Part shown: positions 35,781 to 46,800 of the stretch, in pieces
Layout of the letters: each line of letters begins with the position of its first letter
How positions within the stretch are numbered: position 1 is the first letter of the stretch
Assembly (NCBI GenBank): GCA_018398765.1
Contig: JAHBMJ010000342.1
Coordinates: 1-50,524 of the forward strand
DNA: 50,524 nt
DNA from: Chromera velia
Taxonomy: Eukaryota
Reading direction: 5' to 3'
Made by a program: the position numbers and the translations under genes
The notes under the pieces: generated by a model
What the model was told of the DNA's origin: nothing
Database searches by the model: none
The model's input: only the letters and a program-made list of their open reading frames with translations

Positions 35781-36619
35781 AGTTAAAAGACCTTGCTGCT
35801 GCTGGGAAGGCTGCACACTGAGCTGCCCATGCGTCCTTGTTGTTTCAAAGCCCCTCTGCTATGATCTGAAGTGGGGTGGCATCCATTCCGGCGCTGCTGC
35901 TGAGAGGCTAGACTTAAGAACAATTTGAAAACGGCACGAGTCAGAAGCGATATTTGCTGGTTCTTCGTCTGGATTTTGTTGAACATCCAATCTCTCTCTC
36001 TGAGACTCCCATTGTGCTCTAAGACTTATATAATGTCTTGATCTCCTTGTGCGGCTTTTCTTCTTTTGGTTTTGTTCTTTTAGAACAGTCTGGGAGTAAA
36101 CAAAAGACTGTTCAGTCAATAAACTGAGGAGACGCTGCACTGCGAAGGTGATTTCTAACGAGTGCTTCTCTGTAAGTTAGAAGGTTGACAAATTAAGTGA
36201 GTCAATAATTGTTTGCACTCCTTACATGATAGAAACCATGATTCTTTTGGGGATGTTTGAAAAGCAATCAGGTTGGTTTTCTGAAGAGACGGCACAAAAA
36301 GAATCTGTTGCTTAAGAAACTCCTCGTTCTTTATCGATTTTTCATCCTTTCTTCTCCTAAAAGCGGCCGCAAACTCCATTTGGGTTCAACAGCACGCTCC
36401 ATGTTTGAACAAGAAACGAGCGTAAAAGGAAGAAACGAGCGTAAAGGTTAGTTTAGTAAATACTTAGTCTACAGTAAATATATCATCTTATGACTAGCTC
36501 ATTAAAAAATTTTATGTTCAATACTATTCAACTCTGGCATAACTTAAACTAGGTTTTTAGTAGCTTACGCAGTGTTCACAAAGTTGCAGTCCAGCTAAGT
36601 TCAGCGAATGGAAGTTTAT

Positions 36620-37900
36620 TCAGACTCTCAGGGTTGTCCCAAGGAGGAGGGAAGTATACGAGCTACTGAAGGATACCATCAGGGACAGACTTTCTCCTGC
36701 TCTGACTGAAGGGAGAAAGGGGAAGTCAAGGGGGGAACGGAGTGAAAGAGAGAGTCTCAGATAGCTTCGAGAGGTCATAGCACTGCCGACCCGTCGGCAT
36801 GGGCAGGCCATCCCCCAGCCCCACAAGGAGGAGGGAAGGGTGCCGTTTGAGTCTGATTTTGAGACGTGCTGCTGCAGCCAAAGTGGTGACTGAGGCGATC
36901 TTAACAGGGGGGGAGCTAAATACTATATATTAGTTAGCTAGATAGAGAAGCCCACACAGCTCAGAGCGCTACGGCCTACAAACAGTACCAAACCCATCGC
37001 CAACAGGCCGTCTGAGAAGAATGGGAGAGCCTGAGTGCAGCAGCCGTCTCAGGAGTATCACTGACAGACAGACAGAGAAAAGAAGTGAGAGAAGCACCCT
37101 AATGTAAACAGTCGGCCTGGCTCTGAGCCACCGTCTCAGCCATGCCTCTCAGCTCCTTACACGCTAATTAATCTGACCCCCGATAAGATCAGGGATACGC
37201 TTAGCCTAGTTATCCACTATTAGACCGAACTACGAGGGGAGAAGGAGACATACAAGGGCTGTGGAGGAGCATGAGACCTAGAACATACCCTGAAATTGGG
37301 CCTGAATTGTAACTTAAAGGTGGGGGGGTTTGTTACCCTGCGCTACAACAACGTTAATACCACCTTTTCTGGGCTTGCAGCCGAGGCCTACTCAGCGGGG
37401 GCAGTGAATGGTCGTAAACCTATCATTCGGGGGGAAGGGGAGGTGCTGGGGTGCGCAGGGCTGAAAGGGGACTTCCAGGTGTGGGGGGTGTACGTCAGAC
37501 AGATCGAGGCAGACAATTTTTGACACAAGGGTGAACAACCCGTATGCCGCTTCCAAAGATGACATACATCTCCTGAATCGCTGTCCTCTTTTCTCAAGCT
37601 CAAAAAAAGAAAACTAAGCATGCATGTAGGGGCATGTGGGGATAAAAAATACGGCTTCATCCCGTTACTGAGCCTCACTGATGGCATACTCCACAACTAT
37701 TTACAACTTAGGAAGCCAACACAATGTCATTCCTATGCAGACTGGCTGGACTGTTAAGTAAGAAGTGGGAGCAGGGGTATGGGAAGGTGTGTGGACGAAC
37801 CCGATTGCGGCTGCAAGTCGCCCACCTACGGGCAGTAAGTGTGTGCATTAGTGTGCATCAGGGGTACGCGGGGTCATCCACTGGCAGGCGAAAGAGGAGA
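36620..37900 (+). mobile_element. Degenerate, 5'-truncated CRE-type non-LTR retrotransposon (post-RT region, zinc knuckle, restriction-like endonuclease)
   Basis: Frameshifted, stop-containing motifs appear in the expected order: LRVVP...IRDRLSPAL...LREVIALPTRRHGQAIPQP; SAWL...IRDTL; KGCGGA*DLEHTL...C..KVGGFVTLRYNNV (degenerate CCHC and RHN); KPIIR..GLKGDFQVWGVYVRQ; TIFDTRVNNPYAAS; KKRK...GFIPLLSLTDGILH; FLCRLAGLLSKKWEQGYGKVCGRTRLRLQVAHLRAVSVCI. Confidence 0.75.
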
Positions 37901-38406
37901 GATGGGGGGATTCAGCAGTGTACTCGATCATCCTCACCATTGAATGACTGAACTATAAAAGACTGATCGATTGAATAGAACTTCACGTCTGACAAATTGA
38001 ATATAACCAGGGGTGTTGTTTTGTTGCATAGTCTGAGCTAAGCACAGGTCTGAGTAGAACGGTGTAAACCGACCTCCGGCAGTGGACTGCGGGCAAAACG
38101 GTACCAAAACCTGGAACATCATGCAAATTAAAATGTTATGTTATACATGCTATCTAGTATACTATATAGATCGAACTGTAGGTATAAAAAAAAATGTGAA
38201 TACTATATAGCTCTCAATATGAATGAATTCAAACAAAATCTTCTTTGACTAGTTTTTTTTAACTTCTTTGTTACAGCATCTTTGAAAACTATACAATTTG
38301 CAAATCATATGCAATCACTTAAACCCTAGCTTAAACCTGTCCCTAGACCTGTTCGCTTCTATCGATGTCTTATGCAGCCAGTCGGTCCACTTTCTACAAA
38401 CACAAC

Positions 38407-41009
38407 TCACCACAAGACCGACTCAGGATATGCGGTTTCGAGCATTTCCTTCGCGAACCCCTTGATTTTGTTATTTTGGATGCTGACTTTGGAGAGGGAG
38501 GGGATCCTCTTTGACCCCAGGAGATCTGCCAAAGTCTTTGCCCCCCCATCAGACAGATTATTTTCTGTCAGGTCCAGACTCTGCAATGGTGGAGGTGGCC
38601 GACTCTTCCAGACATCTGTTAGTGCCCTGAGTCCCTCATCAGTGAGGGAACAGTGGGTGAGTTTCAGGCTGCTCAAGCGAGGGAGCTTCTCTCTGTGCAG
38701 TACAGCAGAGAGCGCCCCTGCCTCTGTCTCTCTCTGAAGACAGACCCCATACAAAGTAAGCTCAGACAGGGAAGAGAGCTTCCCACTCTCAAGCCCTGCA
38801 CAGAGGGAGAGAACCGCAGAGACGTTCTCTCTCTCAATGCTGCTGACCAGCAGAGACTGCAGTTTGGTCAGGTGGGGAGAGGCTAGGGAGACGCAGAAGG
38901 TAGCGACTTTTGCGGCTGCATTGGGACAGTCAGCTTGTGCAGAGAGACCGAAATGTACCTCCATCTTTCGTAATGAAGCGGCATGGGGGGAACTGAGGCT
39001 CATGGCAAGAGCTTGAATTCCCTTAATGTCGGTCTTACTCAGCGGCAGCTCCACTTCGCTAAGAGACGGCACTTGGCCTCTTGTGATGAGGGGGGCGAGA
39101 CAGGAGGCTGCTTGACCTACAGCCATCCAAAGTTTTCGCAGGGAAGGGAGACGACCGGGACCCCGCTGCAACCCTTCGAAAAACGCATCTCTTGTTGGCT
39201 TATAATAGAACACAACGAAGATTTCCTCGAGGAAAGCCATAGAGGCCCCCGAATGTGTCAGTGCCCCCCCCAATTCTTCTGCACTTCTTTCAAGCTCCTC
39301 GCCCCATGCTAGGGAGGTTGACAGTCTGCGCAAATATGACAAACGGCCCGAACGGATGGCCTGGGCAAGACGAGACAAAGGGATGTTAGAATTACGAGAT
39401 ACATCCTTTAAATTCATCTCCAATCTCATCATGGGATGGGGGGAACTCCCGACACAGAACCCTTCACACAAAGTGGAAAGCAACTCTGTGGCAGGCCAAC
39501 CCAACCTCACACGTCGCAGGGACGGGGCCTTCCGCATGCTCAAAACCTCACCCAGCTCTGCCCCCCCCTCCCCACCACCACACCACACGTCTAAATCAAG
39601 GTCCTCGAGCAACGGCATACCACCCCCACCCAGACCCTCTGCCACCCCCACAACCCCCCCACCCGAATTCTCATCGTTAAGAGGGCATTCCCAAGAAAGC
39701 TTCAACTCTCGGAGAGAGGAAGCCCCCCCCGACCCCAGAGCCCTTCCTAGAGACGACATGGGGGCAGATCGGAGGCCTCCAAAGTAGAAATCGAGGAGGA
39801 TCTGCTCAATCCTCGGAATTCCCCCCTCCCTGACCATCACGGCAAAGGCATCCACAGCCTCATCATGACGGTCGCCGTTGCCTAAATGAGAAGCCCCGAC
39901 CTCAATCGTTCGGAGATCGGGGGTCTTCCCGTCTGCCATGGCTTGGAACAACGACCTGACAGAATCATCCGGGAGGTCAAAGAATTTATTCAACCTCAAT
40001 CGGGTGAGGTGAGAGACGCGGCCGGCACTCACTGCGTCTGCAAGCCCGCGAATCGCTCCCCCCTCTCCCTCTAATTCCCCATCCTCTCCCATTGCAACCT
40101 GCCCGTTTTCTGACAAATCGAGATCTTCGAGGAGAGAAGCCCTCCCCTCCCCGAGAGCGTTTGCGAAGGCTGCTGCTTCCTCGGAAGGCATGTAATTGCC
40201 AGCAAGGTTGAGCACTCGGAGTTTCGGGAAAGGACCGGCAGCCACAACAGCGACAGCGGACACACGGTCAGGCGCCCCCTCAACCCCCAGTCTCTCGTCA
40301 AAAAGCTCGTTCCCACTCAAGTCGAGTTCTTCCAAATTTGTCAGCTGGTCTGTCGACAGCAACGCTGTAAGGGGGGCGTAGTCTCTCGAATTTCGTTCTG
40401 AGTCAACATGTGTGAGTCTATTCTTTTTCAGAATGAGAACGCGCAAAGAAGGCACTGCACCCGGCTCACAGAGTGCAGCCGCCAACGGCTTGAACCCCCC
40501 CGCCCGCATTTCATTCTCTGCGAGATCAAGAGACTGCAGAGAGATCACTTTCTTTGCCTTCAACACCTCTGCCAGGGCCTCCACCCCCTCTTTCCTCGCA
40601 TCTGTGCGAGCGAGTCGGAGGGACTGCAGGGGAGCACAGAGGCCCTTCGCAAGCGCCCTAACCCCAAAAGGGCCGAGGGGATTGTCACACAGGTCCAGGC
40701 TCAAGAGGATCGGGAGCCAGCGGGCAGCAAGGACAGAGCCTAGCGACTCCATAGACGGACTGCGCAATCTGTTTTCTGCAGCCGATGCAGACGTGAAAAA
40801 AGTATTTCTGGGGAAGATCGGAGAGGCACGGAGAGCACCCTTCGTTTCGTAGGATAGAGCTAGACAGAGCATTTCGAGGAAATGTCAGAGGAGAGTGGAA
40901 TGCCAGAGGCCCATGCATGCGGACACAAAGGGGACAAAATTTGGGAAAGTGCCACACAGAAAGGGAAGGCCGCAATACGGGTGTCGTCATATATGCGAGC
41001 GCGTGTGTA

Positions 41010-41046
<37 letters not shown>

Positions 41047-41083
41047 TATGTGTGTGTGTGTTGTGTTGTGTGTGTGTGTTGTG

Positions 41084-41114
<31 letters not shown>

Positions 41115-41137
41115 TGTGTGTGTGCGTGTGTGTGTGT

Positions 41138-41171
<34 letters not shown>

Positions 41172-43801
41172 CATTTGTATGTATAAGACATGCGTCCTTC
41201 TCTTCCTTGATGTTTTTGCGCATGTGTGTGTGCAAGTAGAGCCTTGCTGTCTGAGTGAAAGGTCAACAACTGCACGAACGAGGTTCCATGGGAGGCCCCA
41301 CCCATCAAAGGCAGGAATGAAGAGACCCACGGACAGGCAAGAGAAGAGAACACGGAAGGGCTTCCCAAAAGATGATTACCGTCTCATCAGACGAACCTCC
41401 GATGTGCAGGGCCTCAAGGGAAGGGGGGAGAGACCAGAAGAAGAGGTCAGAATCGTCCATCTCGCACTCTGCGATCAGTCCATCGGATCATAAACACACG
41501 AACTGAAGGGGGGAGGAGAAAGGGCGAACCTTTGATTTCTTCTCCGCACAAAGAGAGAAAGAAAAGTCGGCCTGCCTATCTACCCACCAAGAAGCAGCAT
41601 CTGCCCGGTGATGAATTTTGCCAATCGCTCAACTTTCTTCCTTTTCCTTTCAAGTACTTGCCGTCTTTGGTGGATGTGCGCCACTGCTCACCTGATCCAC
41701 ATGTGTCCTCTTGTTCTCGATCTTCCTCATTTTGTTGAATTCGGTGCGTGACTCTTTCACGAACACATGAGAGACACAGACGCACACGCACACACAGCAG
41801 GCAGCGCATACAGCCGGACAGAGAAACTAACTGAGTGACCGACTGACTGGAGGCAATGAGAGTCTTCAGGGAACACGCCATCCCTGCCTCTGCTGTCACA
41901 CCCCCTTCCCCTCCCCCTCCCCGTTTGAGGAAGGCCGCCAGGACGGAAAGGGAGGAGGGAGTGCAGACCCCTGGGCCTGTGTGCATGCAGACATGATGGG
42001 GGGGGGGGACAGACAAGCAGGAGGACACAGAGAGAGGAGAAAATTGGGGCACGCTAAACCCCCGAAAAGAATTGCTTGTCGAGTTTTGTCATTCTCTTTG
42101 AAGGTTGCGTTTGGTTCGTCCCTTTTGGCATGACGGAAGAGGAAAGGCCGCTTTTTCGCTCCCTCAAAGGTTCCCTCTCTTCTTCTGCACGCTTCCCTCT
42201 CAAGCTGTCAGACCTCCGCAGAAGCAAAAGAGAGAAGATAGGTGAGGAAAGAGACTGCAGAGATACAATGAGACGACAAAACCCTCTCTCTGTCAGCTGA
42301 CCGCATGTGAGGGTCTCAAGAGAGGAAGGCCGCGAGGGAAGGGAGGAGAGGAGAAACTTCAGTTTCCGTGCACCCAGAGAGAACTCTGCATGGAACCAAA
42401 AGAGGCACATCAGAGAAGTGGAAACACACTTCGCCCTCCGTGCATTCATGGATACAGACCCGAAGGGCTTTGCGGAAGTGAAGCGTGCAGGCAGGCAAGT
42501 AGCTGCGCCACAAGGAGAAAGACAGCGAGGGACGGCAATTAAGGTAAAACAAAGCAGCGAGAGACAGTTTGCACATCCATTCTCTGCATTTGTCCCAACA
42601 GAAGAAAGCAAAAAAGAGAGCAAGAGAGGAAGCAAGCAACAGAAAGATGGATGGAAAGAAAGAATGAATCCAGGAGTGAATGAAAAAAGGAATCCTGGCG
42701 AAAGGGGAAAAAAAGAGGCAGACCCACCAGAGAGATCAAGCGCTCCCAAGGGCAAACAAGAGCGTCCCTGCAGGAATGCACATGTGTGGACGGACGGACA
42801 TGCGAACCGTGACTGTCAGGCAAGAGAGGAATCAAGGGAGTCTCTATGCACGTACGGAACCACACTGATTTTCAGGTCATCCGTCCACACGAAAAAAGGA
42901 GACAGACAGAATCTTCATTTCTCTTTCTTACTTGGAGAGACACGCCGCAAAAAAGTCGGTTGGGAACGGACGCACTCCTATACGAGAGGTTCAGAAAGGG
43001 AGACAGCCACGGAAGCACTACAAAGATCCTCAAACCAACCGATCCGCCTTCTCTATCAGTTTGGATTACCAGATAGCATAGAACCGCCAACAATTTTGCT
43101 CGCGCAGTGGTACGGGAACCCCCAAACTCCCGCTCTCTTCTACCTCACCGTTCTCATGAAATGCAAAAGGACGCATCCCAACCCGAACCCTTCCCTGTCG
43201 GAGCACAGGGCGGAGATTTGCTGCAGAATCACGCAGAAGGCTCCGCTCAATAGAGAGAAGGGCAAATAAAACTGTACCGGCTCTCTCTCAAACGCTAGCG
43301 CGCGCTCTCTGTCTCTCTTCCTTTCACAGGAAAGGGCCCATCGTGTTCCAGCCTGGAAAAGTGTCAGTCTGTTTTACTTTCGCGAAGGAACTTGGAAGAA
43401 AGAACAGAAGAGAAAAGCGTGATATGAGCACAATGTGCAGAACACCTCTCAGGCTCGCTGGGTCAGGTTGATATTTTACACGGAATGACGGAACGCCAAA
43501 ACGTCGATGTGACGAAAAGCCAGTCGAACAAAAAAATAAAGAATGCCAACGCAAGCACAAACCTCTGCAGTCGGAAGCGTGTGGCCGAATGCTGCCGAAA
43601 GCACTGCGTCGACAGGTTGCACGATCTGATCACCTAACCCATGAGGCCCAATTTCTGCACCTGCACACAAGCATCATAAAAGGGAGGGCTTCACTTCAAT
43701 GTCCGTCGTCACGGAGGGAAGAAAGAAATGGAGACTGGGAGAAAATTTCGACTTCAGGGACCTGGAGCAAATCCGTGATTTCTTGCAGCCGGTTGAGACA
43801 T
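38407..43801 (-). CDS. Multi-exon RNI/NLRC3-like leucine-rich repeat protein; large terminal exon 38407 to about 40860
   Basis: An 821-aa frame carries many LxxLxLxxN repeats (LLSLDLCDNPL, LQSLDLAENEM, LEELDLSGNEL, LQSLDLTENNL). Coding-like upstream pieces lie near 41380-41470, 41860-41960, 42100-42380 and 43430-43660. Candidate start MSQPAARNHGFAP at 43801. The upstream structure is tentative. Confidence 0.75.
41001..41170. repeat. (GT)n microsatellite, intronic
   Basis: About 170 bp of imperfect GT repeat. Confidence 0.95.
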
Positions 43802-46800
43802 CCTGATTCTGCTCTAGAGCCTCAAGTCAAAGGAAGCAACGACGCGTAATGCCTTGGGCTATTTCGTGGGTCCTCTCTCATGGGACATCGGCAGCATTAA
43901 TTGTCCTGATGTGTTTCCCACCATCCAAAAATTAAACCCCGCGTGTGTCCGGAGAGAGGATGTGTCAGATCCTTGATGATCCTCGTTCGAATCAGACAGA
44001 TGCTCAGCTAACCTTTGCACACGCTGTACAGAAAAAGCACGGCGTGTATCTGCTATCTGAGCACGCGTGATTTGCTTGGCTTTTGACTTTTTAGTCGGGA
44101 AATGTCTTTCAGATTCTGGAATTAAGGTGGACGCGCTATGAAGTTCTATGAAGATCTATAAAGTGCATTGAAGGTCATTGAAGTGTTAGGCCGTCTCCGG
44201 GGCCGTGAGCTCGCGGCGGCGCCCATGCATGGCCCCATGCATGTGCAGCCGATACAATTTCAATTGCAATGCATGTCGCGCGCGCGGCCCGCGCGGCGGC
44301 GGCCGGCAGCGCGCGGCCATGGACGCCAGCGGGCTTATGACGGCTGGTAGGCGTATTAATTAGAAGTCAGTTTATTAATAGTTTGAGTCTGATATGCTTC
44401 TAGGCATCGTCTCATCTTCTCTTATTCATAAGCAGGTCTCAAAAGATGGCGCGGACCAGGTGTCGTCGGGTGGGTACTCCCGATTGCCGGTACGAATCCA
44501 GAAGCGAACCAGAGATGGTGCCTAACGGTGCCGTCTCCGAAAACAGATGAGCACCTGTGGAGTCCTACCCTGTGGCGCCGCCCTCTGGACCCTCGCATAC
44601 GCTGTATCTGAATGAGCCTGCGTGCCGACGCCAGGCTCCGCCGCCGCGTTTTGTTTCGTACGTGTCGCGCATGTCGATCAGAGTTGTTGAAGTTGATCGA
44701 GTCTGGCCTTCGTATTCAAGCATGCAATATGTTCTAGAATATGTTATTCAAGCAACGGATAGCACCGTTTGAGTCTGATGTCTGTTTATCATAGATTAGG
44801 AGTCTGAGACTCTGAGAAAGAGGAACAGAAAGAAACATTAGTAGAAATTGTGCAATGATAGAATGAACCCAGCTGATTAGAAATTCAATCCCAGATCGCG
44901 CTAGAACTTAAACTGATGTAGAGACGAACCTTCTGTAAACTGTTGCATGACTGAGTATTATAAATCTTCCTTAAGGTTCTTGTCCTTGCTTTACCTTCTG
45001 TCTGGACGCCACAAGGTGGCCGGACAGGGGGGACAAAGCATTGTGGTGACCGCTCAGCTCGATGAGTGTCGACTCTTGTGTACTTTCTGTGATGGAGATC
45101 AGATCTGTCTCTTTACGCAACAGTTGGAAACTAATTGCAACGATATGGGCACAGTCAGGCAAAGACCGTGAGTGGGGGAATTCAGCGTCCCCTTGTGTCC
45201 GAAGCTGCCTGGAGGCCTCTTTCAGATATCCCCTTCGAGTCCGATCCTGGACTTTGCCTTTGTCCTTGGGTGGAGAGCCCGAAGATCGTTGGAGGTCGCC
45301 AAAGCCAGTGGTGGAGACGTTGCTTAGTGTTGGTTAGACTTTCGAGGAGCTTGACTTCATTGAGACCGCCACCTACAAGTAGATCGTAATCTAAACGGCC
45401 AGTCGAGTGCTTTCCTTATGTCTGCTGATTCTGCAACTATCTCCGTCTTCCGGACGAGACCTAGGACGAGACTCACGGGTCTGAGTCGGCTGATCACCTT
45501 CGCTTGTCTTTGCTGTTAGTTGCTTGCTTATCTGCGCAAGGCTGACCACCTTCGTGGCCTGCAAACACCTCCAGCATGTCTGGGTCTGCCTGGACTGGTC
45601 CTCCGGCAGCGTTTAAATACAAGAAGACGCCTTTCGTCTCTCCATATGCCTGCAATGCTGCCATTTTCTTCAAAAAGAGAGCTTGTCGCTTCTGGCTGTC
45701 CGGGTGTCGTACGGATTGTTCGATGAGTGGCCGTTCGATTGAGTGTGTGAGACTTTGCATGCATATTAAACAGACAGAAGGGACAGGTGGCGGCGTACTA
45801 TACGGACCAATGCAGTGACGGCCAGTATGCCAGCCGGAGAAGGCTTTCTACTTTGGAACCCCAACACGGCGACTTGGAGCCTGGAGTAGGAAGGAAGGGG
45901 AAGTAAAAAAGGGGTACAAAATGACATCGAGCCTGCCCTCGACGGCAAGAGAGGTAAAAGGGTCACGGCAGACCTACTGAGAGACAGAGTAGGGCACACA
46001 GCAGCTGCTGCCTCATCTCTCACCGGCGCCGGCACCACAAAGTCTTTCAGGGAAAGAGGGGGGCTGGAGAGGGGGGATAGGGGGGGAGAAAGGGGGGGAA
46101 GAGGGGGTAAAAGCGGGGGATAAAAGAGAAGGGAAAGGGAAGGAAAAAGGGGGGAAAAGAGGGGGAGAGGGGGGTTGCTTCGGGGTGGGGGGGCGAATCG
46201 AATCGAAGCCGCTGGCCAAGAGCATACGAAGTACTAGCGACTAAGTGTGACTGGAGCGTCTTTTATCCGGAGTTGAGAATTCATATGTCGAAAGGAGCAG
46301 CAAGGGGATGAAACGAGACAGAGAGAAGAGACGAGATAAAAAGAGACCAGCGGGGCAGTCTGCAATATGTCCGGTCCTTTTCCTCCCTCCCTTTATGTAG
46401 CTACTGACACGCACGGAGTGTGTTTGTGCTCGACAAGACCGTCGAGTCCTTCTGTCGACGAGAACTCTAACTTGATTGCCTACCCCTACGTCAGCTACGT
46501 ATGAAAAAGGCAGAGGACTGTCTAATTGTCGCCGCGGCCATGTGCTTATGCCTGCACATGCCCGCGACTGCCTATGACTGCCCTTGCGCCCTTGCACTGA
46601 ACTTGGAGGGAGTGAGTATTGCAAGGCTGAGCGTCAAAGAGGCGGACTGCGAGAACAACAAGCCGAGCGCCGCATGTGCCGCGCATTCGAAGCTTCTGGA
46701 GCTCCTTTTGGAAGAGTGACCTTTCTTCTCTCTCAGCTTTTCTTCTTTGTGCGTAACTTGGGAGTTAGACCCCTCATGTGGCTGAGAGCACGAGCGCACG

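Noticed and set aside
40882..41493. Cys/Val- or His/Thr-rich ORFs here and at 33254-33563, 22157-22786 and 4431-5088
   Set aside because: These are translations of (GT)n, (CA)n and (GA)n microsatellites in introns or UTRs.
42307..43269. 320-aa plus-strand ORF, and likewise the 315-aa ORF at 29007-29954 (-)
   Set aside because: Both are antisense to better-supported spliced genes, and their composition mirrors CT-rich introns.
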